This document shows positions 26,228 to 41,852 of a stretch of DNA of 64,000 bases, piece by piece. The first letter of the stretch is position 1; every line of letters begins with the position of its first letter. Origin of the DNA: Vermamoeba vermiformis (Eukaryota); assembly GCA_045837725.1 (NCBI GenBank), contig JBEWZL010000119.1, positions 124,001-188,000 of the forward strand, in the 5' to 3' direction. Both the position numbers and the translations under genes were made by a program. Under the pieces are notes generated by a model, which did no database searches, was not told where the DNA came from, and saw only the letters and a program-made list of their open reading frames with translations.

Positions 26228-26654
26228 TTGTGTTATCAGTATCTCCGTGGCTGTGAATCTTTAGGAGCATTAAATCTTTTGAATTAATTTGGGTAATTTA
26301 GTCTTCAGTAATCGCCCACGTACTAGATTAACAATAATGTCTATGAGTCTTGCGCGCCGAGCATACATCACCTTGTGTGAACGTTTACGCGCACGGGTGT
26401 GAATTGAAAGTTGTACTCTGACGGCTGTCAAATCGGCACGCCAGCGTATTATTTTGTTTGTTAACGCTGATAACAAAAAACACCACAACACGAGAAGGTA
26501 AATAGATTAATTTTGGAATCATGGTTACATGGTGGCAAATAGCGTAGTCCGTGTACTAACAGCAACGCAAAATCCTATACGACAGTTGACCCTGATATAC
26601 ATTAAAACATTAAAGCACGTCATAACAATAATCTCTAACTATTGTTGTGCGCAG

Positions 26655-27743
26655 ATGAAGAAACAGATCCTCGTTTTGGCAATAATCTTCGTTTCTTTTG
26701 CTAGCAGCGAATGGATTCTCAAAGAACTCAGTGTTCCAAGAGTAAGACCGGCTGTTGCGCAAGTCGACAACAAAATCTACATAGCGGGAGGAGAGATCAG
26801 CGGAGGAATTGAAACTGACTCGATCGAAGTTCTCAACACCGACAACTTCGACTTTGAGCAACTAAATATCAGTCTTCCTTCACCAAGACAACGGTTTACA
26901 GCAGTTCCAATTGGTTCAAAGATCTTCTTCACTGGAGGCACACAAAACAACATTGACGTGTTTGACACTTCGAGCAACTCTTGGTCTGCATTAACAGTAG
27001 CTGAGCTAGCAAACTTCAACATTACCTTCGCAGGAACTCTAGAAGGACAGTTAGTACTGACGACTAGCGATGGTGTTGCGCTGTTTATCGATCCTAGCAC
27101 TGGTAAAGCGACCTCTTTGCTTCTTGGCAGCTTCGCACCTGCAATTCCTCCCACGCGAACATTCTTACAAGCGCCTGAATATGACGGAAAGATATACATT
27201 GCACATGGATCTGCGATCGTTGGATTCAACGCTACCTCGTCACAACTCCTACCCCCAAGGTAGTTTTTTTTTTCCTTGTACAAATTTTTTTTTTTTTTTG
27301 GGGGGGGTCTTTACCATCTGGAGGAAGCTCGTTGGGACGCACGATTGTTGTCTTTTCAACGCACGGACCATTCTATCGCATCGGTTGGATCTACTGTCTA
27401 CGTGCTTGGTGGAGTTGCGAACAACGGATCAGACTACACTACAGGCTTTTACTTCGATCTCAAGTCAGAATCGCTCTCGCAACCGATTGATCTGAAAGTG
27501 CCTCGTTCCCAAATGACTTCTTTTGTGGCACCCAACGCTGCATTGTTCATTGGTGGACTGACTGACTCTGGCAATTACTCGAGTACGATTGACGTCATCT
27601 ATGAAGGAGAACTAAAGCCCCCAACTGCCCCGACTCCAAGATCCAGCAACAATCCTGCTTCAGTAACGAGCGGATGTGGTGAATTGCTGACAAGCATTAA
27701 TGTTGTAATCATCGCAATCATGTCATTATGGTTGTTCAATTAG
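26655..27743 (+). CDS. Secreted, probably GPI-anchored Kelch-repeat protein
   Basis: Signal peptide MKKQILVLAIIFVSFASS; Kelch repeats (PRVRPAVA..KIYIAGG); P/S/T stalk and hydrophobic C-terminus; intron at about 27260 has a corrupted homopolymeric 3' end. Confidence 0.8.
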
Positions 27744-27841
27744 ATCTTTTTGATAAATCGTAGTTAGTAATATCAATTGAGCCTTGAAATGACGTTGGAT
27801 CTGGATTGATTAATGCTGATTTTATTGACGCTGTTCATGGG

Positions 27842-30800
27842 TTACTTAAGCGCAACATTAACGTGGAAAATTCTGATCGAGTGGTCTGTACTGCAGCTAG
27901 CCAAATCAAACACGAGTTGTTCCGCGGTGCTTGACACCAATCGCCATCGCAATCGCTTGACAGTCTCAACGTGAGCGTGACTAAAGTTTCACGGGTAAGT
28001 TTTAAGAGGCCAATAAGCAGTGGTTAGTATGGACTTACGAGGTATCTACAGTTAAGAGATTAGACCACTTCAAGCTAGTCTTGTCGCCTTCTTTCGCTTC
28101 AACGGCAGTCCACAATGAAATTGCACCGCTCTCCAGACCCACGGCCAACAAATAATCAAAAGGCAACGAGGCGTGAGTATTTTCTAAGCATAAAACGTTA
28201 GCTCAAGGTGAGATTAATGTGCGTGAAAGCTACGTACTGCAAACAGGAGCAAAAGCCACGGCGGTGACAGCAGACTTGAACTCACTCAAAGTCGAGTCAA
28301 GCAGCCAATCAGCTTCGTTTGTTTGAGCATTGACAGTCGTGCGCCACAATTTGGCCTGGCATTAAGGTTAATTATTTTCACTGGAAGATTCGTAGACTTA
28401 CAGTCTTGTCACGTGATCCAGTGACGAAGAAGGCATCGTTAGGCGACCAATCACAGCTCCACAGAATACGCGCATGAGCTTTGAACTTCTTCAACAACTT
28501 GAACTCATAGGTACCTTGTTCTATTGTGTCAAATAAAGTCAATAAAAGTCTTTTCACGCGACACTATTAACCGCTTCTTACCGCTCTTCTTGGTGCTGAA
28601 CACAGAATAAGTTCGATCACGTGACACGCCCAGCAAGTACTTGTCATCGTGCGAGAAGGCAAGTTGAATGGTGCTGAGGCTGTGTGCCTTCAGTACGGCC
28701 TTTTCACGCCACGTAGTTGTGTCCCAGATACGAATGGCAGATTGATCGATGGTAGTGCCCTTTTGACAGCGCCATTAGTATTGCTATATAATAAGCATAC
28801 TCGAAGCTGGTGTACCTTGCAAGCAGACGCCATTAATTCTCCGCTAGTGTTAGCGGCAAGTGTCAAAAGTTCGTTGCCGTGGCCGTACAGCTTTTGACAT
28901 TCAGCCCACAACGTGCGCTGCAACAATTGTTCTTCGACAGGAGGCACGGTCAAAATCAACGGAGCTCTGTCTTGAATCGAATTTTCATCGTCAAACATCG
29001 AACTGCCGCCTTCTTCATCGTCACCTCCGCCAGTGTTGCGAATTTGTTCTAACATTTTTTCTTCTTCTGACTTTTCCACGGCTTTCTCTGTTAGACATTA
29101 CACAAATAAGACACGGTTTATAAAGTTGATAAAACATAGCCACGTACTTTCAAAGACCGGCTTATTGGTCAAGCCCAATGGACCCATATTTGCGCCCATA
29201 GGACGGTCTTCTTCGTTTTTCTAATGATGGGACATTAGTGCCAGTGATAATATAGATAATTATAATTACTTACATCTTCGACGTTGAGTTTAGTAATGTT
29301 ATTGAAAGAAGTCACAAACGACTTGGGAGCGTCAAAAACTCGAATGACCTGTGAAAAATTCATTAGCACCACAGATATTTAAATAATATACGCAACACTA
29401 ATGGCACATACTTTTTCTTCGGCGCCAGAGGCAAATCTATGCGAGTGGTTGCCAACAAATGTGAGGCAGTTCAAGTCGTAGCCATGGACTTGAGGACGAG
29501 CGACTTCATTCCAAGAACGAGTTGACAATTGTCGTTCAGGATTGATCGTGCCATAGTCCTCAGGTCGTTGCCAAACACCGAATAAACGAGCTGTTTGGTC
29601 CTTGCTGACTGACATCAAGTACTGTTGTTTAGGGTCCCATGAAATGTCACGCACTTCGTCAAAGTGCCCACTGGCTGGCACGTGAGGTTCCCAAGCATCA
29701 TCTTCACCTATAAATACCATATTAATAAATGTAATTACTCGTCAATTTAAGGCAGGTGTCACATGTCACCCGATGAGTTCGTACCGGCAACACGTTGTTT
29801 CCAAAGATGGAAAGCTCCGTTATATCCGCTAGCCAAGATGTATCTGCCAGTCTTCGCATAAGCAGCACCAAAGAAACCCAAGTGATTGCCACCAATGTCT
29901 CCAACACGTGCGCATTCAGTCCACAACTGTTCAGCGTCATCGTGAGTCCAAACAATCATTGAACGGTCCATCGAGGCTGAGAGCAATTGCAAGGGTTGGT
30001 GCTTGCGACCTTCAACAATGACTGGCGGGGCCCATGACAGACCGAGCACCCAGTCATCGTGACCAACTAGGACTGAGTCCAAAATAATGCTGTAAGCTTT
30101 GTCTGCGGTGATTCTGACGCAATACCACGTTAGAATATCATTTTGGAGACCGATAGAATGATAAATAAGACGTACTTGGCAATGAGACCACGTTGACTAA
30201 TGTCTGAAATGTCAAAATGAGCGTTGTCTGTAAGAGCCAACTTTGACAACAAGGCTGAGGTGGCGTCTTCTTGAGTCGAATTGATATTCTGAAATAATCA
30301 AATCATCAGTACATTGCTCGTATTTAATAGGAGACGAGTCCAACCACCTTTTCAATAGTAAATGCCCACAATCTGATTCGTCTGTCCTGAGCGGCACTAG
30401 CGAGTAACAACGTGTTCTCATCGGTTTGAACAAATGACATGCATCGAATCCAATCTTCGTGGCCAGTCAAGGCACTGACTTTAGCGAACTATACACGTGT
30501 TAGGTGGATTATATGAATAAGGAAAGTACGTACAGTAGCCTCGGGTTGGGCGTACAAATGAATCACGTGATCGACACCAGCAATAGCCAAAATAGGAATC
30601 TGTGAACCAGGCAGTAAAGCCAATGCCACTGTCTCCATCATTTTAGGGAAAGAGATCGTTTGTGCGAGCGACCAAGTACTTCCTAATAAGGCAAAGTTGG
30701 TAAGTCCCAAACGTCATTTTTTGCAATGATTTAACGTACCAGCCTTAGGCGGGGTTCGTTTCCAAATTCGGACAGTTCGATCACCAGAGCACGAGGCCAA

Positions 30801-31687
30801 TAGCAACGAGCCGTCTTCGAGATCAAGCACGGCCAAACTGTTCACTGAATCTTCGTGGCCTGTCAAGACCGCGCTGGCTTGATACTGCAATTACACGCGT
30901 CAATAAAATCTTCATACAACAGGCAACATTACAATGTATAATTGTCAACGAGCGGAAAGTTGAATGAATTTGAAAGCCAAGTACGAGTCGTAGTTTCATG
31001 AGCGATGCAGTGTAAATTATTTTAAATTTGCGCTTCCATCATTTTTAAGGCAATAGACTAATAATATTACCTTGCCAGACTCGGGTCTATATTTCCAAAT
31101 AACAATATTTCTGTCTGCTGAGGCTGAAGCAATTTCTACTTCCTTTTGTTGCCATCTAGTAGCATAATCTAAAATAATATTAATACTTGTGCGCATGGAT
31201 AATAATTAATAATAATTACCTGCTTCGACATTCGGCACCCACTTTACACAATTAACACGATTTTTGTGTCCGGGTAGTGTAGCGATAATTTTACCATCCT
31301 GTACAAATGTTATATTAGAAAATTATTTAAAAAATTATTGGATTGAACGAGCAAGACATTAAATATTATGAGAATTATAACAGAAAAAATGGTGGGCAGA
31401 TCCAAGACGTTATGTTTAATCCAACGTATTTATTAATCGCAGGCATACTATAATATTATTGAATAAATAATTTATTATTAGCATTGAAAGACCGCTAAAC
31501 TAGATGGATCTGCACAAAAAATTTGCAAGGACCGCGTGTTTTAACTTACATCAGGGTCGAATATTGCCACAAATTTATGAGCAGCATAGACAATTAAATT
31601 ATTGAAGCCCCAGTCGACGCCATTGGTAACACGGTTGCATCCGACCGAAATGAAATCCAAATTATAATTTGCTTTGACTTGCGCCAT
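27842..31687 (-). CDS. ELP2: Elongator complex protein 2 (WD40)
   Basis: [71 protein letters not shown]; many in-frame exons. Confidence 0.95.
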
Positions 31688-31855
31688 AGTTGCTTATATA
31701 TGTACAATATTACTATAAGCGCTTCGTATATGAGCTGATTTATCGAGGCAAAAAAGATAAATCAGCTGGTGATATGACAAAAATTTTAGCGAGAGTAATT
31801 ATATTTTTTGGATCGGCCTTCTTTTTATCGAAGAGTTGCTGTTGAGTGAACCAAC

Positions 31856-35098
<3,243 letters not shown>

Positions 35099-35289
35099 AC
35101 CGGATCGGATCCATTTGTCTAAAACTGTATGTAACCCTTTTATTGTTGTATTATCGTATCATGCGTATTGATAATTTCTATTGCTGAATAAGTAAAGGGT
35201 TGTTAACTCTTGAATTTTGTTTTTTTTTCTAAGACCGAATTTAGTTTTTTTAAATTTATAACAATTTACTATTTATTTAACGATGCAAT

Positions 35290-38191
35290 ATGTCGCACAA
35301 TTGGCTACGAGAACAACGTTGGTTTCAAGATTGGTTACAAGGTCTCGTGGCGCGGGTAGCACCGCAACAAGACTTCTTTTCTGCAATCTACGAACCTGTT
35401 GTTGTGCCTGGTGCTCGAACAAGTGAATCACTTTCTAGTTATAAATCAACCTCGAACGAGACAGAAGACGAACCGGCATCTGACATTCTTCAATTCTGCG
35501 CAGTGATTGGAAATAATTCTAAAAATCAGAATGGCACAGATAAGAGCACCAATAATCATTTTAAATCGGAAGAAGGTAATTAGAAATTCATTTAGACTTT
35601 GATCCGTTTGGATCGGAAATTTAATTCGATTCAACGTAATTTTTACATCTTAAGAAATACTACAATGATAATAAGTAGCCGTTAGAATTTAATGCAGATC
35701 CAATTCGAACTTAGCTAATGCAGTAATTTCAGAAATTATTTACTCAGAAGGAGAATCAAGTAGTATTTACGCATGGGGATATTTCAACTACGAGTCTTAT
35801 TTCAAACCAGAATTACGCAAAGGACTCCCAGGCGTTGCTATCGTTCAAGTGGCATGTGGTGTCGATCACACAGTGTTCCTGACAGACCTCGGCAAAGTGT
35901 ACTGCAGTGGGCAAAACACACACTACCAACTCGGTGATGGCACAATGATGGACCACGACAACCCAACACAAGTGACAAAGATCGATCATCTCAACATCAC
36001 CAAGATCAGTTGTGGCTCGTCGTTCACAGTTGCATTGACAGACACGGGCAATGTGGTGATGTGGGGCACATTGAGACATGGCGACAAGTTCGGTACACTT
36101 GTGTTGCAAGAGCCTGCATTCGTCAAGCCCTTAAGGCAAATCAGCGTCATTGACATCGCTTGTGGCGGTGCGCATATACTTGCACTGGGATCCGATGGCG
36201 CTTTGTACACTTGGGGGTAAGAAAGTGCTTGAATAACAAATGCTCTATATTAATATTGTAGTAATCCGACATTCGGACGATTAGGTAGACACACCGAGGC
36301 CAACCATGAAAATGATCCGCGACTACCAAGGCCTGTGACTTCGTTGCAAGGCATTCAGATATCTCAAATTTCGTGCGGAGAGCAGCACAGCATTTTGTTA
36401 ACTAGTAAGTTTAAGCGAAGCAGAATTGAAATGTTGCTCGATTTTTAATGTTGTTTAGGTGATGCCAAAATGTATTGTTGGGGACGAAATGACCATAGAG
36501 AGTGTTACACAGACAAAAAACCCGAGATTCTGCTTCCAGAACTAGTCGATTACGTCCATTGGATGTCGTCGAAAGTAGATCAAGTGCGCGCTGGTTTCAG
36601 ACTCTCAATGTGTCGCTCAGGGAACAGAATTTTTGCGTAGGAATTAGGATTCAACATGTGAGCCCGTTCTAACACTTTGTATTCAGGTGGGGTGCAGGGT
36701 TTAAGCCATATTTCATTGATCCGGCCGCGCTATATTTATCTGAGGGAACCTATCACTTTCCAGTTGCATACCAACTTGGGATGGCTACCGATGACTTCAA
36801 AATTGTTGACATGGTCACCGGCTCGCAGCACTGCATTTTGCTATCAGGTACTTTACGGAATTGAAACGTTCTCTCATCGAAAGTAGACAGCGGGCGAGTG
36901 TTCAGTTTTGGTTTGTCAGCCAATGGTCAAACGGGGTTGGATACACCAGAGTATTCACAAGATATCCGTGAAGTTCTAATGGACAAGAGAATCGATTCAA
37001 TCGCCGCAGGAGGCAGAACTTCAGTTGCTATCAATGGTAACGTTTGAATATAAATGGCAGGCCGCCGTACCAACTTTTTGTTAGTTTCGACTCGCTCCTT
37101 GCTTGGTGAAAGCATGCAAAAGTTAATCGATAGTCTCAAGTTGTTCGGCGACGTGCTTTTAAAACCGAGCGATGGTCAACCGATTTACGCTCACAAAGGT
37201 GCGTCAATTGATATTTCTTGTTTGAAATACTTCCTTATTGTTCTAATCGTACTGTTAGCTATTCTGGCAGTGCGATCTCCAGTATTAAAGAGTAAGATCC
37301 TGGCTGCAGAGAAGTTGAGCAACGGGTCTATGCCAGTACTTGACTTTACGCAATACAACTCGAAGCAGCTTTATGCCATTCTCGTATACATATACACCTA
37401 TCGATTACTATCGTCAAGCTTGACAAGCGCTGAACTGACCGAGTTTGTGAAGTCATTTAGCGTCAAAGATCCGGTTGAAGTAAAACAGGCCCCTCAATCG
37501 ATTTTGGCAAACGATTTGCGTAAGTTATTAGTTTGGCAAACAAACGAAATCAGCACACGGAACGCGCCTCTACTTAAGAAAAATAAGCACCCTTTGGCAG
37601 GCCATTGGGCGGACATCAAGTTCATGGTGCAAGGCAGAGAGATCATGGCGCACAAGGCCATTCTTTGTGCAAACTCCGAATACTTCAGGTACGCATTAAC
37701 ATCGATAACAACGATAGTTATTAATCTTCGAATTCAGATTGATGCTGACTGGAGGCATGAAAGAGAGTCAAATGAGTGTTCTCGAAGTGCAAGATGACAT
37801 CACATTTGAAGCGTTTGTGGCAACACTTCAGTTCCTTTACACTGATAACGTGGATGTGGATGTCAACTATGCACTCGATATACTACCAGTGGCAAGTTTG
37901 TATAACTTACAGAGACTCAAGGTACGTTCAAAAGTTACGGGTGAAAATCGTACAATTTTTTCACACGCTTGTTTTTAGCAAAAATGTGAAGGCATCATCG
38001 AGAAGCAAGTAGAGATAGATTCGGTGGCGTATGTTTGGCAAGTAGCTCGCTACTCTGCAGCGCAACGATTGGAAAGTTTTTGTTTGGATCTGTTATTGCC
38101 CATGTTCGAGGCCGTGCAGAAAACAAAAGCGTTCAAAAATTTAACCAAAGAAGAACAAGATGTGCTCCAACAGTTGTTCGAGGCAAAGTAA
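35290..38191 (+). CDS. RCC1-repeat + double BTB protein, copy A
   Basis: VACGVDHTVFLT..GKVY..G.N...QLG RCC1 repeats; BTB motifs DIKFMVQG..AHKAIL, LQFLYTD. Confidence 0.88.
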
Positions 38192-38439
38192 TATTGCACT
38201 CAACTTTAAAGAAACTACGCATCATGTTTTCGTACTGAATGACGAGAATAAAATGTAGATTTACCGTGTTGAGCGACTTAAGTAATCTTCGTCAGTAAGT
38301 GGCAATTGTAAGCAACATAAGCTCTCTGTGGCGCACATATTTTCAACTAATAAATTCTAGTAAATTAAACGAAAATTGGGTTGGAACGGAAAGGGGATTT
38401 TCTGTTAACAAATTAATTTTACATCGAAGCGAATACAAT

Positions 38440-41400
38440 ATGTGGCAGAATCATTGGTTGAATCCTCCTCAAGCGATGCAACAGCAAGGTTGGTTTCAAG
38501 GTTGGTTGCAAGGGATCGTCTCTCGAGCGGCAACTCAACAAAGTTTCTTTTCGGCGATCTACGAGCCTGTTATCGTGCCCACCGCACTAGCAAATGAATC
38601 AAATACTAACAGCAGCGATAATTCGACTATTGCCAAAGCAAACACAGAAAGTGAACAGCCATCTGGTCTTCGAGGCAGTGCCGTGATTGGAAATAATTCT
38701 AAAAATCCGAATAGCGCAGATAAGAACAGTAATGGCCAAGTTGATGCCAAAAAGCAAGACGAAGGTAGTTAACTAATTAATTAGAATAAGATCAGAATGT
38801 CACCAAAATTGAATTCCGCTTCTGCAATTTTTTCAAGTCCCTCGTTTTGTCAAGTTGGTAATTTTAACAGTGCCAATCTAAATTTTGTATAGGATCATTA
38901 TTTAAATTTAGTGAACCAAATTCCTGATCTTGGCGTCGGTTAAAAAATTCTAAAATTTACTTTTAAGAATATTTGGCCAAGGTAAAGACTACCATGAATT
39001 CGCTTTTGGCAGAAATTGCTTTCAATATTACAGCGGATCTGGTCTTTGTTCGAAAATTCCATAGTTGTTCTAGATCGTTTACTGACGACTTAATTGCAGA
39101 AATAACGTACTCAGAAGAAGAATCAGATAGAGTCTATGTATGGGGCTACTTCAATTTCCAATCGTACTACAGACCAGAAGTGTTTAAAGGACTGCAAGGC
39201 AGAGCCATCGTTCAAGTGGCATGTGGTGTCGATCACACAGTGTTTCTGACAGACCTCGGCAAAGTGTACTGCAGTGGACAAAACACACACTACCAACTCG
39301 GTGATGGCACGATGATGGACCACGACAACCCAACACAAGTGACAAAGATCGATCATCTCAACATCACCAAGATCAGTTGTGGCTCGTCGTTCACAGTTGC
39401 ATTGACAGATACAGGCAATGTGGTGATGTGGGGCACATTGAGACATGGCGACAAGTTCGGTACACTTGTATTGCAAGAGCCTGCATACGTCAAGCCCTTG
39501 AAGCGTGTGAACATCGTTGATATTGCCTCGGGTGGTGCTCACCTGCTTGCACTGGGATCCGACGGAACATTATATACTTGGGGGTACGTTATTATAATTA
39601 CAAATGCCTAGTTAAATGTCGGAAGTCACGTGGCTACGAGTATTATTTTTTTCACACGTTCAAGCCTACTATTATTAATGAACGAAATCGTTATTAATTA
39701 TTATTAATAGAGCATATATTAATATATTGATTATAGTAATCCTATGTTCGGACGACTGGGTAGAAAGACCGAGTTAAATTCGGATCTAGATCCGCGACTG
39801 CCGTCGCCTGTGGCTTCGTTACAAGGCATTAGAGTGTCTCAAATTGATTGTGGAGAGCAACATAGTATCTTATTAACAAGTAAGTATTCGTTAAACAAAG
39901 TTAAAGTTGCGTGCCGCCAAAGACCTCTCTCTTTGAAGCCTTCGTATTAACGGCGTTTGCTAGGTACTGGCAAGGTGTATACCTGGGGCCGCAATGACTA
40001 CAAAGAATGCTCGATGGCTGCTCAAGCTGAAATTTCTCTCCCGACACAGATCGAGGGACTTGAACAGTTTACCAAAGACGAAGTTCAACAAGTGCGGGCT
40101 GGCTTTAGATTCTCGATGTGCCGAACTGCTAAAAGAGTGTTTGCGTAAGTAATACCTTTTAAACGAATGTCAATGAATTTACGTGAATTTTCACGGCAAT
40201 GCCTAATATTATATGTGTACAGATGGGGTGCGGCATTCAAACCACGCCCGAATGCTAATGCTATTATGACGGTGTACCCGATCGCAGGCAATGGACCCGT
40301 TCAAATTCCGTACGAAGACACTTTGCCTCGTGACTTCAGAATTGTCGACATGGTTACTGGTACTCAGCATGGTCTATTGCTGACAGGTACAGTATATTCA
40401 TATCCATATAAAGCATTTACTAATATTATGGTCGTATTCAGACCGCGGTCAACTGTACAGTTTCGGTTTGTCAACGAACGGTCAAACGGGACAAAATTCA
40501 CCGGAATACGTGCACAAAATTTCTGAAGTTGCCATGGAAAAAAGAATCGATAAAATTGCTGCAGGAGGCAAAACTTCGATCGCTATTCACGGTACGATAT
40601 TATTTTCACATAGCTATGAAGTTGATTTTTTAACCGTTCATATTAGGCTCTATTCGCTCAGTACTCGGAGAAAACATGCAAAAGATCATTAACAATGAAA
40701 AATTATTCGGTGATGTGTTGCTGAAGCCAATCAACGGTCAGCCGATGTACGCCCACAAAGGTACCAAATCATTTCCTTATTTGGTAATCAATGTCTAATG
40801 ATGTCTTTAGCCATCCTTGCGGCACGGTCTGAATTGTTTAAAAAAATGATTATTGCTGCGGAAAAGTGGAGCAAAGGATCTATTCCTGTTGTTGAACTAG
40901 ATTACAGCCCGAAACAGCTTTACGCCATTCTCATCTACATCTACACCTATCGACTGTTGTCCTTGAGCATAAGCGGAGATGTCTTAGCTAGCTTTGCCAA
41001 GCGTTTTCAGATCAAAGAACCGGCTGTCGTGAGAACTCCTCCGCCATTGATTTTGGCAGCGGATCTCAGCGAGCTGTTGGTCTGGAAGACTTATACTGCT
41101 AAGCCTAACGAAGATGACGCACCGCTGATCGAAGAAAACAAAAGTCCTAATGCGGGCCTGTGGACTGACATCAAGTTCATGGTGCAAGGCAGAGAGATCG
41201 TGGCGCACAAGGCCATTCTTTGTGCAAACTCCGAATACTTCAGGTACGCTTTAACATCGATAATGACGATAGTTATTAATCATTCGAATTCAGATTGATG
41301 CTGACTGGAGGCATGAAAGAGAGTCAAATGAGTGTTCTTGAAGTGCAAGATGACATCACATTTGAAGCGTTTGTGGCAACACTTCAGTTCCTTTACACCG

Positions 41401-41779
41401 ATAATGTGGAAGTGGATGTCAACTATGCACTTGATATACTACCAGTGGCGAGTTTGTATAACTTGCAGAGACTCAAGGTACGTTCAAAGTGACGGGTGAG
41501 AATCGCACAATTTTTTCACACATTTGTTTTGTACAGCAAAAATGTGAAGGTATCATTGAAAAGCAAGTCGAGATTGATTCAGTTGCGTACGTGTGGCAAG
41601 TAGCTCGATTCTATTCTGCCACGAGATTAGAATCGTTCTGTTTGGATCTGCTGTTGCCAAAGTTCCTGGATGTGCAGAGAACAGAAGCATTCAAAAACTT
41701 GACTAAAGAAGAACAAGACGAGCTCAGAAAGATGTATGTTAACGCTAAGCAAACGGATACGGCGAAGACCAAAAATTAA
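38440..41779 (+). CDS. RCC1-repeat + double BTB protein, copy B (tandem paralogue)
   Basis: Same architecture and exon order as copy A, with shared N-terminal WFQ.WLQG.V.R.A.QQ.FFSAIYEPV. Confidence 0.88.
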
Positions 41780-41852
41780 GCAAGCCTTTGTATTTTTTAC
41801 ACCAACCATGTAAATCTGCTTTATTACATACGATTAGAGTTTACATAGTGGC

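Noticed and set aside
27260..27310. Intron lacking an AG acceptor, with long T and G runs
   Set aside because: Looks like a homopolymer sequencing or assembly artefact rather than non-canonical splicing
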